Shown: positions 51,741-61,931, counted from the first letter of the stretch. The stretch: DNA of 64,000 nucleotides from Cyanobacteria bacterium P01_D01_bin.156 (GCA_039024555.1 JBCCQQ010000005.1:64001-128000), one strand, 5' to 3'. Notes: a model not told the origin generated them from the sequence alone. A program made the numbers and translations.

Positions 51741-52232
51741 TCAAGAAGGGTCCTCTCCCTCAGACAAATCAAACCCTTTTTCCAGGGCCAGCTGGTGACT
51801 TTGTAAAAATGACTGTCCGGGGTTGATCAAGAAGCGATCGCGCACGGCCTGTCGCCCCAGCAACATGCGAAATCCCATGACATCCCGATTGGTCAATGTC
51901 AGTTCAATGGGCCAGTGCACCTCCCCCAAACAAACGGAGGTCAAAATAACCGGTCTCACCTGCTGGTGTCCCCCTGAGTCCGTCACTATCCGTTCCTCTA
52001 GCAGGTCCGTTTCAATCATCACCAACATTTGATCATTGGATTGAATGGGAGCTACTTGAAAACGCACGCGTTTTATCCCGTTACATTCAAACTGTTGGAT
52101 ATCTACAGCATGGATTGCAGATGATCGGGCCCCTGTATCCACTTTGGCTTTGACATTGGGCACACCTAACTCGGGTAACGATACCCACTCACGCCACCCA
52201 ATAATCAGTAACTGTTCAGACTCTTGCATCAA
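51741..52232 (-). CDS. RimK-associated retropepsin-like protease (RimB-like)
   Basis: [27 protein letters not shown]. Confidence 0.9.
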   Translation of the reverse strand: MMQESEQLLIIGWREWVSLPELGVPNVKAKVDTGARSSAIHAVDIQQFECNGIKRVRFQVAPIQSNDQMLVMIETDLLEERIVTDSGGHQQVRPVILTSVCLGEVHWPIELTLTNRDVMGFRMLLGRQAVRDRFLINPGQSFLQSHQLALEKGFDLSEGEDPS

Positions 52233-52303
52233 GGGGTTCCCGATTCAGGCTACGGCTCATCACTCCCTACTGACGGGGTTACCCAAGGTAAGCACTGGCA
52301 CCC

Positions 52304-53149
52304 CTAACAAGGCAGCAAGTCTCGCTCATATTCCACCATAAATACGTTGGAATACAGGTTTGCAATAATTTGTTTGCCTTCTTGAGTAAGGGCCAGATAG
52401 CGGAGGCTATCGTGAATGTAAGGATGCACAACGCCCCAATAAAATTTGGGATAGTTACTGCGCAGATCGTGGGGAGAAGCATACTTAAGCTCCTTGTTTT
52501 GCCCAGTTTCCTCAAACTCGTAAAAGAGGGCGCTAATCTTCTTTAGATAGCGGGGGTCGCTAAGCTGGCCGATCAGATCAGCCGCCCGAATCAATCCAGG
52601 ATAATTGAGGGTGTCCTGGTGATCTTCTTGCTTAGGGACCGGAAATCGCGTCAGCTCAATGTTGTTTAGGATTTGCTCAGCATTGATGAGATCATTTTTG
52701 CCAAACCGTTCCAGCACAAATAGCTTGCCTCGATCGACGTGGTAAGGAGTCAGGGCCGCATCGGTAGCGCCTGGGGTGAGCTCGATCATGGTGCCATGGC
52801 CGGTCGCGTATAGGTTTTCATAGTCGCTGTCCTCGCGACACACCCCTTTGACATAACCGATGTCGTGGCACACTAAGGAAATGATGAAATGTAGCCAGTC
52901 CTCGGCACTGACACCGCCTTCGCGGGTATGCTTACCGCGCAAAATTTCCTGACCCACTAGGGTAACCAGGATGGTGTGCTCAACGTTGTGGTAGAGCGCG
53001 TCACTATTGGCGATGTTTTCAAGGGCCATGGTTCCGGCCCAGGCAATAATTTCTTCGTACTCATGGTGCAGCCCACCATAGGTGCGTCGATAGCCAAAGC
53101 GTAGCTTTTCGACAAAATCAGCGATCAGAATCTCGGTGACATTGAACAT
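52304..53149 (-). CDS. HD-domain metal-dependent phosphohydrolase (PDE-like)
   Basis: DALYHNVEH, CHDIGY, YHVDR, RAADLIGQ; start set at MFNVTE. Confidence 0.85.
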   Translation of the reverse strand: MFNVTEILIADFVEKLRFGYRRTYGGLHHEYEEIIAWAGTMALENIANSDALYHNVEHTILVTLVGQEILRGKHTREGGVSAEDWLHFIISLVCHDIGYVKGVCREDSDYENLYATGHGTMIELTPGATDAALTPYHVDRGKLFVLERFGKNDLINAEQILNNIELTRFPVPKQEDHQDTLNYPGLIRAADLIGQLSDPRYLKKISALFYEFEETGQNKELKYASPHDLRSNYPKFYWGVVHPYIHDSLRYLALTQEGKQIIANLYSNVFMVEYERDLLPC

Positions 53150-53882
53150 GGTAAGGGCTGCTTTGATGGGTGGAAATAAATGCACGGCGTTTAAGCTGAG
53201 CTAACGCTAACACACCGTTGAGTAACCTTTGCATAGGCCAAAGGTCCTGTAATGGATGTTTGCACAGCCCAGATGGTATGGGGGTTTACTGGATATTGCG
53301 TAAAGACTCGGTATGGCCAGAGGAAGCCCCCACTGCCCCAGAGATAGGTTGGAAGTATCTAACTAAGGGCTATGGGTAGATTGCCCAAGGTTGGATAGAC
53401 GGTTGCACCCTGACTTAAAACCGAAATAGGTACATCTGTCTTCTTTAAGAAGATTTCAGATAGTTTCTCCGTCCCCATAGCTTCTTTTTTGAAGTTCTTC
53501 GTCATTTACCGAACGGGGAACAATGGAGACGTGACACCTTTTTTCACTGGCACAGGAGAGATTACCAACCTATGGCCCTGGCATACCTTGGATAGAGACC
53601 TGATGCGGGAAATACACTAGGGATGGATGTGATCTAAACAACATCCCTATAAATAGAATCTCAAATAGAAACAGCGATGCCTGTGATCACAGTCATACGA
53701 AGATAGGTCATAATATCAACAGGTTTACATTTCGTAATCTTCCCTGCTGTTGCTGATCCCAGGAGCTGAGTCCGGTAATTCCGGTCTGTAATCTACTCAA
53801 AAGAGGGAGCTCCCACCCAGCAGCGGCGTTATTAGGTTTTACACAGGCACTGTTCTGTGGTTGTTCTGGTAGTGGCTAGCCC

Positions 53883-55226
53883 GTGACGTATCGAAATTTT
53901 CAAGACGACCCACAAACGCAAGTATTGTCCAACGGTGCTTCGCTTAATCAGTCTCCTACCTCCAGTAGCTCCAAGCTATCTGGTGTTCGAGGTGTGGGAT
54001 TAGGGTTGTTATTAGGTCTGGGGTTGGCATTTGTGGGGGGAAGATTGATGTCGCGATCGCAGCCTCAGCCAGAGGCTGCCCCCGTTGAAACCACCGCTAC
54101 TACTGCCGCTACCAGCGTTACCGCCCAGCAGTTGCAAACGGCGAGCATTCAACAGTCTCTAGTGGCCACCGGCACCGTGGAAGCCTTTGACCTACTGCAG
54201 GTTTCTCCCCAGGTTAGCGGTCTGCAAATTCGTGACGTCCGCGTGCGGGAGGGCGACCAGGTGCAGACAGGTCAGGTACTGGCGATTTTAGATGACTCGG
54301 TACTGCGTACCCAGCTAGCCCAGGCCGAGGCCAACTACGCCCAGGCCGAAGCTGAGGTAATCCAAGAAAAAGCCGAACAGAACCAGGCTGAAGCCACCGC
54401 CGCCGAAGCCCAGGCTAACCTGGCTAGCTATCAAACCTTGTTTGATCAGGGGGGCATTAGTTCTGAGGAGCTCAATAGTCGTCGTACCCAGGCCATTACT
54501 GCCCGTGAATCTGTGGGTGTAGCAGCGGCATCGGTGCAGAGTGCTCAAGCTACATTACAAAGTCGAGCCGCCGAGATTCGCCGTCTAGAAACTCAGCTGG
54601 CCCAGACCTTGGTGACCGCCCCAGCTAGCGGACAAATTGCTGAACGTCAGGCCACGGTGGGGGACACCTCCTCTACGGGGACTGCCCTATTTACCCTAGT
54701 TCAGGATGGTCTGCTAGAGCTGGTGGTGGATCTGCCCCAGCGACAGCTGGCCAATGTGCAGGTGGGTACCCCGGTTAAGGTGACCTCTTCTACAGATGCT
54801 CGAATTCAACTGTCGGGGAAAGTGCGCTCCATTGCCCCACTATTGGATACCCAAACCCGGCAAGCGGCGGTTAATGTCACCCTGGAATCCAGCGCAGAGT
54901 TGCGCAAGGGCATGTTTTTACAAGCTGAATTTATGACCGGCCAGCGCACCGGGCAGGTGCTCCCTGCTAATGCGGTACTGCCCCAAGGGGACAACAGTTT
55001 TAAGGTCTTTACCATCAACGACGAAGGGATAGCGACACCGGCAGCTATCACCGTAGGCAATCGTCTACCTGCAACCGCCAACCAGCCCGAAAGATTAGAG
55101 ATTTTGTCTGGTTTAGACGCGAATACCCAGGTGGTGGTGGAAGGTGCTAACTATCTCCAACCGGGAGATCCGGTTGCGGTTGTTGCCGCCCCTTTTACCG
55201 AATCTGTTGCATCACCTGCTGAATAA
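53883..55226 (+). CDS. RND efflux membrane-fusion (periplasmic adaptor) protein
   Basis: N-terminal TM; VREGDQV lipoyl half-motif, long coiled coil, APASG, GMF, EILSGL. Confidence 0.93.
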   Translation: MTYRNFQDDPQTQVLSNGASLNQSPTSSSSKLSGVRGVGLGLLLGLGLAFVGGRLMSRSQPQPEAAPVETTATTAATSVTAQQLQTASIQQSLVATGTVEAFDLLQVSPQVSGLQIRDVRVREGDQVQTGQVLAILDDSVLRTQLAQAEANYAQAEAEVIQEKAEQNQAEATAAEAQANLASYQTLFDQGGISSEELNSRRTQAITARESVGVAAASVQSAQATLQSRAAEIRRLETQLAQTLVTAPASGQIAERQATVGDTSSTGTALFTLVQDGLLELVVDLPQRQLANVQVGTPVKVTSSTDARIQLSGKVRSIAPLLDTQTRQAAVNVTLESSAELRKGMFLQAEFMTGQRTGQVLPANAVLPQGDNSFKVFTINDEGIATPAAITVGNRLPATANQPERLEILSGLDANTQVVVEGANYLQPGDPVAVVAAPFTESVASPAE

Positions 55227-55299
55227 TCCAGCAGACTCCTTACGCGATTTTTTCTAGACCCTAGCCCATTCCCCAGCAGACTAATCGAACAATAACCCC

Positions 55300-58200
55300 A
55301 TGAACTGGAACATTTCTGAATGGTCGATCCGTCGTCCGGTGCCCACATTAGTCTTGTTTTTGGTACTCACCCTGTCGGGGTGGCTGTCCTTTAACCAGCT
55401 GAGGATTGATGCCAACCCCAACATTGATATTCCGGCGGTGATTGTTACGGTCAACCAGCTGGGGGCCGGACCGGAAGAGATGGAAACCCAAATTACCAAA
55501 AAGGTAGAGGATGCGGTTTCCGGTCTAGGCAACATCGACAATGTGAATTCGACGGTAACCGATGGCAACTCCACGACGGTCATTAGCTTTGACCTGGGTG
55601 TAGATAGCGAACAGGCCACCAACGACGTACGGGATGCGGTAACGCGAATCCGTAGCGACCTGCCCCAGGACGCTCAAGAACCCCAGGTGCGGCGACTAAA
55701 GTTTGAGGGGGGACCGATGCTGACCTATACGGTGAGTTCTGCTAATCGGTCGGTGGAGAATCTGAGTGATTTGGTGGACCGCACCATTGCAACGGAGCTG
55801 CTGTCAGTTAAAGGGGTGGCCCAGGTGCAGCGCTTTGGCGGTGTGGACCGTGAAATTCTGGTGGATTTAGACCCCAACGAGCTGGATGCCTTAGGGATTA
55901 CGTCCACCCAGGTCAACAACCAGATTCGTAATTCCAACATTAATTTGCCCGGTGGTCGCAGCGACATTTTGGGCCAGGAACAGGGGATTCGTACCCTAGG
56001 TAGTGCCCCCACGGTAGAACAGTTACAAAATCTTGGAATTCTGTTGTCCAATGGCAATACGGTGCCCCTCAAAACCTTGGGTGCTGTTGAGGATGATTTT
56101 GGTGAGACCCGCCAGTCTGCCTATTTAGATAATCAGCCGGTGGTGTCGTTTTCGGTCTTTCGCAGCAGCGGTAGTTTGCTAGTGAGTGTAGAAGATGGTG
56201 TTAAGGATGCGATCGCAGACCTGACCGAAACCCTAGACGACGTTGAATTTGACCTAATCTTTACCCGCGCCACTGATGTGCGCGACTCCTATAAAGCATC
56301 CATCGATGCCCTGATTATCGGCTCCTTATTAGCAGTAGTGGTCGTCAGTATTTTCCTACGCAACTGGCGCACCACATTAATCACCGCCACGGCATTACCC
56401 CTATCGATTATCCCCACCTTTCTAGTCCTGCAATATTTTGGCTACACCCTCAACAGCATGACCCTGCTAGCCCTTACCTTGGCGGTAGGCAACCTGGTGG
56501 ACGACGCCATCGTAGAAATTGAGAACGTAGAACGTCACATTGCCATGGGTAAGCCCCCTATGCGGGCGGCCATGGACTCCACAGCAGAGGTAGGTCTGGC
56601 GGTGGTTACTACGACAGCCACCATTGTGGCCGTCTTTTTACCCGTGGCCTTTATGGGGGGAGTGCCCGGTCAGTTTTTCCAGCCCTTTGGCGTTACCGTA
56701 GCGGTATCCACCATGTTTTCCACCCTGGTGGCCCGACTGGTGACCCCAATGATGGCGGCCTATTTGCTCAAACCCAAGCGGGTTCAGGAAAGCTCTCCGA
56801 ATCAGCCAGATGGATTTCGGGCCGGAGATATCTATGTCCCTAAGTCGCTGGTGCCCTATTTTCGGTTAGTGCGCGGAGCCCTACGCCATCGGGTACTGAC
56901 CCTAGGACTCGCTGCTGGTTTCTTTGTTGCCAGTCTAATGCTGTCGCGATTTATTCCCACCAGCCTGTTTGGAGCAGGAGATACCGGATTTTCCAATCTA
57001 TCTATTGAATTGCCGCCCGGCAGTACCCTGGCCAAGACCGAGCAGGTCACCCAGTTCATTAGCGCCCAGCTAAAGACCAGCACGGCAGTAGACAGTGTGT
57101 ACATATCCCAAGAACCCGGCGATGCCTCTGCAGTAGCTCGTTTAAAACCCAAAAGCGAACGGATAGCCCGCGGCGAGTTTGAAAACAATATGCGCCAGCT
57201 GCTGAGTCAGGTGCCCGGTACCCGTATTAGTTTTGAAAACCAGGGCGGTGCTGGTGGTGGCGGTAAAGCCCTTGAAGTCGCCCTACGCAGCGATAATCCT
57301 GCTGCCCTTAAAGCCGCTTCCGATGCCCTCAACCAGGAGATGCGCCAGATTCCTGGACTGGTGGAAGTCAGCTCCAGTGCGAACCTGGTTCAGCCCGAAA
57401 TTCTCATTCGCCCTGACATACGGCGAGCGGCAGATTTAGGCGTTACCGTGCGCGATATTGCCAATACCGCCTCCCTAGCTACCTTGGGAGATGCCGAATC
57501 CGATCTGGCCGAATTTGATGTGGGTGATCGGCTTATCCCCATTCGGGTGCGCCTAGGTGAGGAATTTCGTAACAATCTAGCCACCCTAGAGAATCTTAAG
57601 GTCCCTAACAACCAGGGCCAGCTGATTCCCTTGACTGCAGTTGCTGACATCGAGTTTGGCAGCGGCCCGGCCCAAATTGACCGATTAGATCGCTCGCGCC
57701 AGATTACTATCGGGGCCAACCTGGACGGGATTACTCTAGGGCAGGGATTAGAACAGGTTTACGCATTACCCGCCTTCGTCAATTTGCCCGAGGGCGTTTC
57801 CCAACAGCCCTCGGGTGACGCCGAGATTATGCGGGAAGTATTTAGCCGGTTTGGCATTGCCCTAGCCACTGCAGTGCTGATGATTTATGCTGTGCTGGTG
57901 CTGTTGTACAACAGCTTTATCTATCCCTTTGCCGTCATGGTAGCTCTGCCCCTGTGTATTGGTGGGGCGCTGCTGGGTCTCATGATTGCCCAAAAGCCCC
58001 TGGGACTGTTTGCCCTAATCGGCATCGTATTGCTAATGGGGCTGGTGACCAAAAACTCGATCTTGCTGGTGGACTATGCCCTAATGGCCCGAGAAAAAGG
58101 GTTATCGCTACGGCAGTCTGTGATTGAGGCCGGGTTGACTCGACTGCGACCAATTTTGATGACCTCCATTTCCACCATGGCGGGGATGGTGCCCATTGCT

Positions 58201-58425
58201 ATGGAATGGGGGGCCGGTGGCGAAACCCGTAGTCCTATGGCCATTGCGGTAATTGGCGGATTTTCAACAGCGACACTGTTGACCCTGGTGGTAGTGCCCG
58301 TATTCTTTACCTATGTGGCCCAGTTTAATGGCGGCATTGGCGCTTTGTTGGGGCGGGTTACTGGTTTAGGGCAGAGCAGCCAGTCTGCTAACCCGGTAGA
58401 GCCTATGGCAACAGGGATTAAGTAG
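55300..58425 (+). CDS. RND efflux permease (AcrB/AcrD/AcrF family)
   Basis: SIRRPV, GAGPEEME, VDDAIVEIEN, KNSILLVD, RLRPILMT. Confidence 0.96.
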   Translation: MNWNISEWSIRRPVPTLVLFLVLTLSGWLSFNQLRIDANPNIDIPAVIVTVNQLGAGPEEMETQITKKVEDAVSGLGNIDNVNSTVTDGNSTTVISFDLGVDSEQATNDVRDAVTRIRSDLPQDAQEPQVRRLKFEGGPMLTYTVSSANRSVENLSDLVDRTIATELLSVKGVAQVQRFGGVDREILVDLDPNELDALGITSTQVNNQIRNSNINLPGGRSDILGQEQGIRTLGSAPTVEQLQNLGILLSNGNTVPLKTLGAVEDDFGETRQSAYLDNQPVVSFSVFRSSGSLLVSVEDGVKDAIADLTETLDDVEFDLIFTRATDVRDSYKASIDALIIGSLLAVVVVSIFLRNWRTTLITATALPLSIIPTFLVLQYFGYTLNSMTLLALTLAVGNLVDDAIVEIENVERHIAMGKPPMRAAMDSTAEVGLAVVTTTATIVAVFLPVAFMGGVPGQFFQPFGVTVAVSTMFSTLVARLVTPMMAAYLLKPKRVQESSPNQPDGFRAGDIYVPKSLVPYFRLVRGALRHRVLTLGLAAGFFVASLMLSRFIPTSLFGAGDTGFSNLSIELPPGSTLAKTEQVTQFISAQLKTSTAVDSVYISQEPGDASAVARLKPKSERIARGEFENNMRQLLSQVPGTRISFENQGGAGGGGKALEVALRSDNPAALKAASDALNQEMRQIPGLVEVSSSANLVQPEILIRPDIRRAADLGVTVRDIANTASLATLGDAESDLAEFDVGDRLIPIRVRLGEEFRNNLATLENLKVPNNQGQLIPLTAVADIEFGSGPAQIDRLDRSRQITIGANLDGITLGQGLEQVYALPAFVNLPEGVSQQPSGDAEIMREVFSRFGIALATAVLMIYAVLVLLYNSFIYPFAVMVALPLCIGGALLGLMIAQKPLGLFALIGIVLLMGLVTKNSILLVDYALMAREKGLSLRQSVIEAGLTRLRPILMTSISTMAGMVPIAMEWGAGGETRSPMAIAVIGGFSTATLLTLVVVPVFFTYVAQFNGGIGALLGRVTGLGQSSQSANPVEPMATGIK

Positions 58426-58620
58426 TGTGTTAGGTGAAGAAGCCTGAAATTTGCTTGGATTGAAGGTTTCAGAAATTCGTTTGCTTTGCCAGACATTGGA
58501 GTCAATATCTGAGCCACTTCAAGGATGGTGTCGCTGCTCCTCGTGAGGATTTTTTCTGTCAAATTCATATGTGTGAGCAACGACACAACACAACAGTACG
58601 ACGATCACAAAAATCCGTTT

Positions 58621-58739
58621 GGAATCCACCTGGAATAGGCTGAATCCCTAGCTAACAACAGAGACAGGATGAGCTCTCCAATCCTCTCTAAACAGCACAG
58701 TCCGTTTCCCCTGAACGCTTGCCGTCAGGGGATTTTTTT
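58621..58739 (+). ncRNA. Candidate small RNA / conserved upstream element, copy 1, ending in an intrinsic terminator
   Basis: GGAAT..GCTGAATCCC..GCTCTC..AGCACAGT..TCCCCTGAACGCTTGCCGTCAGGGGA-T7 shared by all three modules. Confidence 0.4.
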
Positions 58740-58744
58740 AGCTT

Positions 58745-58826
58745 TGTGATGGGTGTCACTAACATTCCTCAGACAAATTCAGAAACGCCTTAAGGAATAT
58801 TCAGTTACCGGTCAGATAGCGTTCAG
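58745..58826 (+). promoter_or_regulatory. CRP box plus six phased TCAG/TAAG half-sites, copy 1
   Basis: TGTGA-tgggtg-TCACT 58745-58760; TCAG at 58769, 58779, (TAAG 58791), 58801, 58812, 58823. Confidence 0.65.
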
Positions 58827-58895
58827 GTAGCTGCTCCATTCTTGTAATCAATGAAGCAAACAAACACTTCGCTGATTCACTAAGGAGCTTTACTT

Positions 58896-59513
58896 ATGAA
58901 ACGCACTATCCTTTCCGCCTTAACTGTTCTCGTTGCCTCTGCTGCTGTTGCCCCCGTTGCCTCCGCAATTGAGCCTGCTAGCTTCAACATTCAGTCCACT
59001 CGCCTCGAAGAACTTGATAGCCGCACTAAGAACTCCGTCCATAAGCTACGCGTTGAACATTTAAATAACCAGTCCAAAGCTATCGAAGATATCCAAGCAA
59101 CCCGCCTAGATGCCCTAGATATTCGCACCAAAGCTATCGACAACATCCAGGCTGAGCGCCTAAATGGCCTCGATGCTCGTGATAAAAACAGTGTTCACAA
59201 GCTACGTGTTGAGCACCTAAACAACCAGACCAAAGCTATCGAAGATATCCAAGCAACCCGCCTAGATGCCCTAGATATTCGCACCAAAGCTATCGACAAC
59301 ATCCAGGTTGAGCGCCTAAACGGTCTCGATGCTCGTGATAAAAACAGTGTTCACAAGCTACGCCATGAGCACCTAAACAACCAGACCAAAGCTATCGAAG
59401 ATATCCAAGCAGCTCGGCTAAATGCCCTAGATATTCGTACCACAGCTATCGACAACATCCAGGCTGAGCGCCTAAATGGCCTCGATGCTCGTACGAAGTC
59501 CGTAGTCCGCTAA
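58896..59513 (+). CDS. Secreted tandem-repeat protein, paralog 1 (3 x 52-aa repeats)
   Basis: AAGGAG RBS; Sec signal ending ASA; 156-bp DNA repeats. Confidence 0.9.
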   Translation: MKRTILSALTVLVASAAVAPVASAIEPASFNIQSTRLEELDSRTKNSVHKLRVEHLNNQSKAIEDIQATRLDALDIRTKAIDNIQAERLNGLDARDKNSVHKLRVEHLNNQTKAIEDIQATRLDALDIRTKAIDNIQVERLNGLDARDKNSVHKLRHEHLNNQTKAIEDIQAARLNALDIRTTAIDNIQAERLNGLDARTKSVVR

Positions 59514-59666
59514 CAGATACTGAGCTGTTGCGGTACTCAAGATTGGGTGCCCACTACAGACTCCGTAATCTGTGAAAGGCTTCATTACTTTTGGGCACCC
59601 TTTTCCCTCTCAGACTCTCCCTACAAACACTCTCCAAGCCTCTGCCAATACGGTGGAGGCTTTTTT
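59514..59666 (+). ncRNA. Conserved structured 3' element with terminator, copy 1
   Basis: GGGTGCCC (59545-59552) / GGGCACCC (59593-59600) stem, C/T tract, aagcctctgcc/ggtggaggctt terminator. Confidence 0.5.
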
Positions 59667-60524
59667 ATTGGGGGGACGAACGGTATTCATCGACCATCAA
59701 TCATCATTTCTCCTCCGTTGAATCTGAACAAAACAAACCCATCCTTGTGTAAAGCAACAATCCCTAAAGTGGCCAAAGCAATTACACAAAGTGGTACTAA
59801 TATGTTGAAAGAGTGTTTCATGGTTTCCATTCATTGAATGCACAAACTTGGCCACCTCTCGCACAGGTGACTTTTAAGTTTGAATAGGTATATATTCTTG
59901 AAAAGAAAAATTCAACTAACGCCGAGTTTCAACGTTAACGGGTATAGTCTAGCGACAGAACAGCGACCCTTCAAGAAAATCTACCGGAAACTATAGTTTT
60001 CTGAAAATTAGTGACAAACCTATTAGAACCTGGGTTTCCTGTAACTTAGTGATAGGGCATTGCCTCTATCACGCGCCAGCAGCACTCGACCGCGCCAAAT
60101 TCAGATGCTAAACCAGAACAAACTCAAAGGTCGCAGAATGCATAGACTAAACCAACGCAACATGGCCAGAAAGATGATTCAACAAATAGGTCTTGAGGAA
60201 AGAGATTCGAGGAAGTTATCTATCGCTATCCAATTAAGTAGAAAACGAAATGTACGCTAGCATTTTTGATTTGTTCATCTTGTAGTCGGAGTTGAGATCG
60301 CGATTATGCTGCTACAGCTGCTGGCTAACGGAGACTGTAAGCTTGGCTTGGTGCGATGCTTTGACGGACAAACTTGGGCGGTTATGGAGGCAGTAATTTT
60401 TGTTGGTTTTGTACAGGTCGGCGACAATGACATCCATGAAAAGACCCCAGTCTTAACTGGGTACAAGTTAAGTAATATTTTTCAGCTTAAAGCATTTATC
60501 GAGGAGCTCTAGTTCAGTAGATGA

Positions 60525-61532
60525 CTACGTGATATCAGGGCTTGTACTCTCAGATTTTGTGTAGGGCTCTATTCCAAGTTCTTGCTTGAGATTCTCAGGA
60601 ATATTGAGAGCTTTGGCGACTTTATCTTTGTCAGGCCAAATTGTTTGAGATGACCATTGAATGTCTTCGAGATTGGCGCCAATGAGTTCAGCATCGTTGA
60701 GGTTAGCATTACTGAGGTCGGCACCCCAGAGTTCGGCATTACTGAGATCGGCACCCCAGAGGTTAGCATTACTGAGATCGGCACAAGTAAGTTCCACACC
60801 AATGAGTTTAACCAGACTAAGTTCAGCATTACTTAGGTTGGCAGCACTGAGATCGGTATTACTAAGATTGATGCCAACAAAATTGACACCACTTAAATTA
60901 GATTGACTAAGATTGAGCCTTGCTTTGCTAATCACCTCAGCTTCTGCCAGAAACTGAATTACACTGGTTTTCCGATCACTGTCTCCCTCAAACCTGCGCA
61001 AGATTGATAATGTGCGTGCTCGTATCACATCAATTGCGACATCGAATAATTCTTGATCCTCAGAGGAAATATCTTGACTAGATGAGGTGTCTTTTTTTTC
61101 TTCTTCACTTTTGGACTGATAAATCTTAGATGCGATCGCTAAGATATTTTTATCAACTAAGAGTACCGACAGTCGGTCAAAGTAAGCTTGCAAAATCTCG
61201 TCTTTAGCTTCATTTGCAGCAATTTCTTGTTGCCGCTTGGCGGCATCTCTTGAACGTCTTTTCTCTTGTTGCTGTAGAAAATAACTTAATATAGCCAACG
61301 TCAACGGGACACCCAATAGTTTAAGCCAGTCCCATAATTTTTTATCTTTGAAGTCAGTCCAATCTGCCCAGTTATTTTTTTGAAAAGCAACTATCAAGAT
61401 AATAACGATAAATACTATGACTATTAGTTGAAGCCAATTTAACCACCACCGATTTACCTGGAACCACGACTGACACGATTCCTCAAATTTACTGATTGCA
61501 GATGGTTTTTCCCAGGACCAAGCCATAGTCAT
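60525..61532 (-). CDS. Membrane-anchored pentapeptide-repeat protein
   Basis: Two TMs, KKLWDWLKLL, RARTLSIL, A(D/N)Lxx repeats with 30-bp DNA repeats around 60700-60785. Confidence 0.9.
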   Translation of the reverse strand: MTMAWSWEKPSAISKFEESCQSWFQVNRWWLNWLQLIVIVFIVIILIVAFQKNNWADWTDFKDKKLWDWLKLLGVPLTLAILSYFLQQQEKRRSRDAAKRQQEIAANEAKDEILQAYFDRLSVLLVDKNILAIASKIYQSKSEEEKKDTSSSQDISSEDQELFDVAIDVIRARTLSILRRFEGDSDRKTSVIQFLAEAEVISKARLNLSQSNLSGVNFVGINLSNTDLSAANLSNAELSLVKLIGVELTCADLSNANLWGADLSNAELWGADLSNANLNDAELIGANLEDIQWSSQTIWPDKDKVAKALNIPENLKQELGIEPYTKSESTSPDIT

Positions 61533-61649
61533 TTATCGGCACAACACATCAAGCTGAGGTTCTGATTCTACCGTGGATGATGGGTTAAATCGGGTTGCGA
61601 TCGCACCTTAATCCGTCCCAACCTACTCAGCCGTAGTACAGCAAACATC

Positions 61650-61775
61650 AGGAATTTCCCTAGACGGGGCTGAATCCCAAAATGACCGAGCAATACGTCG
61701 CTCTCTTAACTCTCAAGCAGTTTCTAAATAGCACAGTGCATTTCCCCTGAACGCTTGCCGTCAGGGGATTTTTTT
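61650..61775 (+). ncRNA. Candidate small RNA / conserved upstream element, copy 2
   Basis: Same motifs and identical terminator hairpin as copy 1; no + strand ORF ends upstream. Confidence 0.45.
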
Positions 61776-61780
61776 GGCTT

Positions 61781-61862
61781 TGTGACAGGCGTCACTATGT
61801 TTCCTCAGCTAAATTCAGAAACCCCTTAAGCAATGTTCAGTTACCGGTCAGATAGCGTTCAG
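61781..61862 (+). promoter_or_regulatory. CRP box plus phased TCAG array, copy 2
   Basis: TGTGA-caggcg-TCACT 61781-61796; TCAG at 61805, 61815, (TAAG 61827), 61837, 61848, 61859. Confidence 0.65.
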
Positions 61863-61931
61863 CTGCCCCCGGCATTCTTGTAATCAATGAAGCAAACAAA
61901 CACTTCACTGATGCCCTAAGGAGCTTTAATT

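Noticed and set aside
53628..53697. TGTGA-containing sequences upstream of the RND operon as CRP boxes
   Set aside because: Second half-sites are weak and there is no comparative support in the window
58990..59500. Regular DNA repeats as a CRISPR array
   Set aside because: They are in-frame 156-bp coding repeats with no unique spacers, and no cas genes are present
59545..59600. 3' multi-stem as a hammerhead ribozyme or glutamine riboswitch
   Set aside because: No CUGANGA core and no glnA-motif consensus; it also lies downstream of the gene
59547..59837. 96-aa ORF after paralog 1
   Set aside because: Runs through the conserved hairpins and terminator; frame not preserved in copy 2
60060..60512. 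Short ORFs between paralog 1 and the pentapeptide gene
   Set aside because: No recognisable motifs or RBS; possibly decayed DNA
61660..61700. GGGGCTGAATCCC as a c-di-AMP (ydaO) or cobalamin riboswitch
   Set aside because: The other conserved blocks of those aptamers are missing
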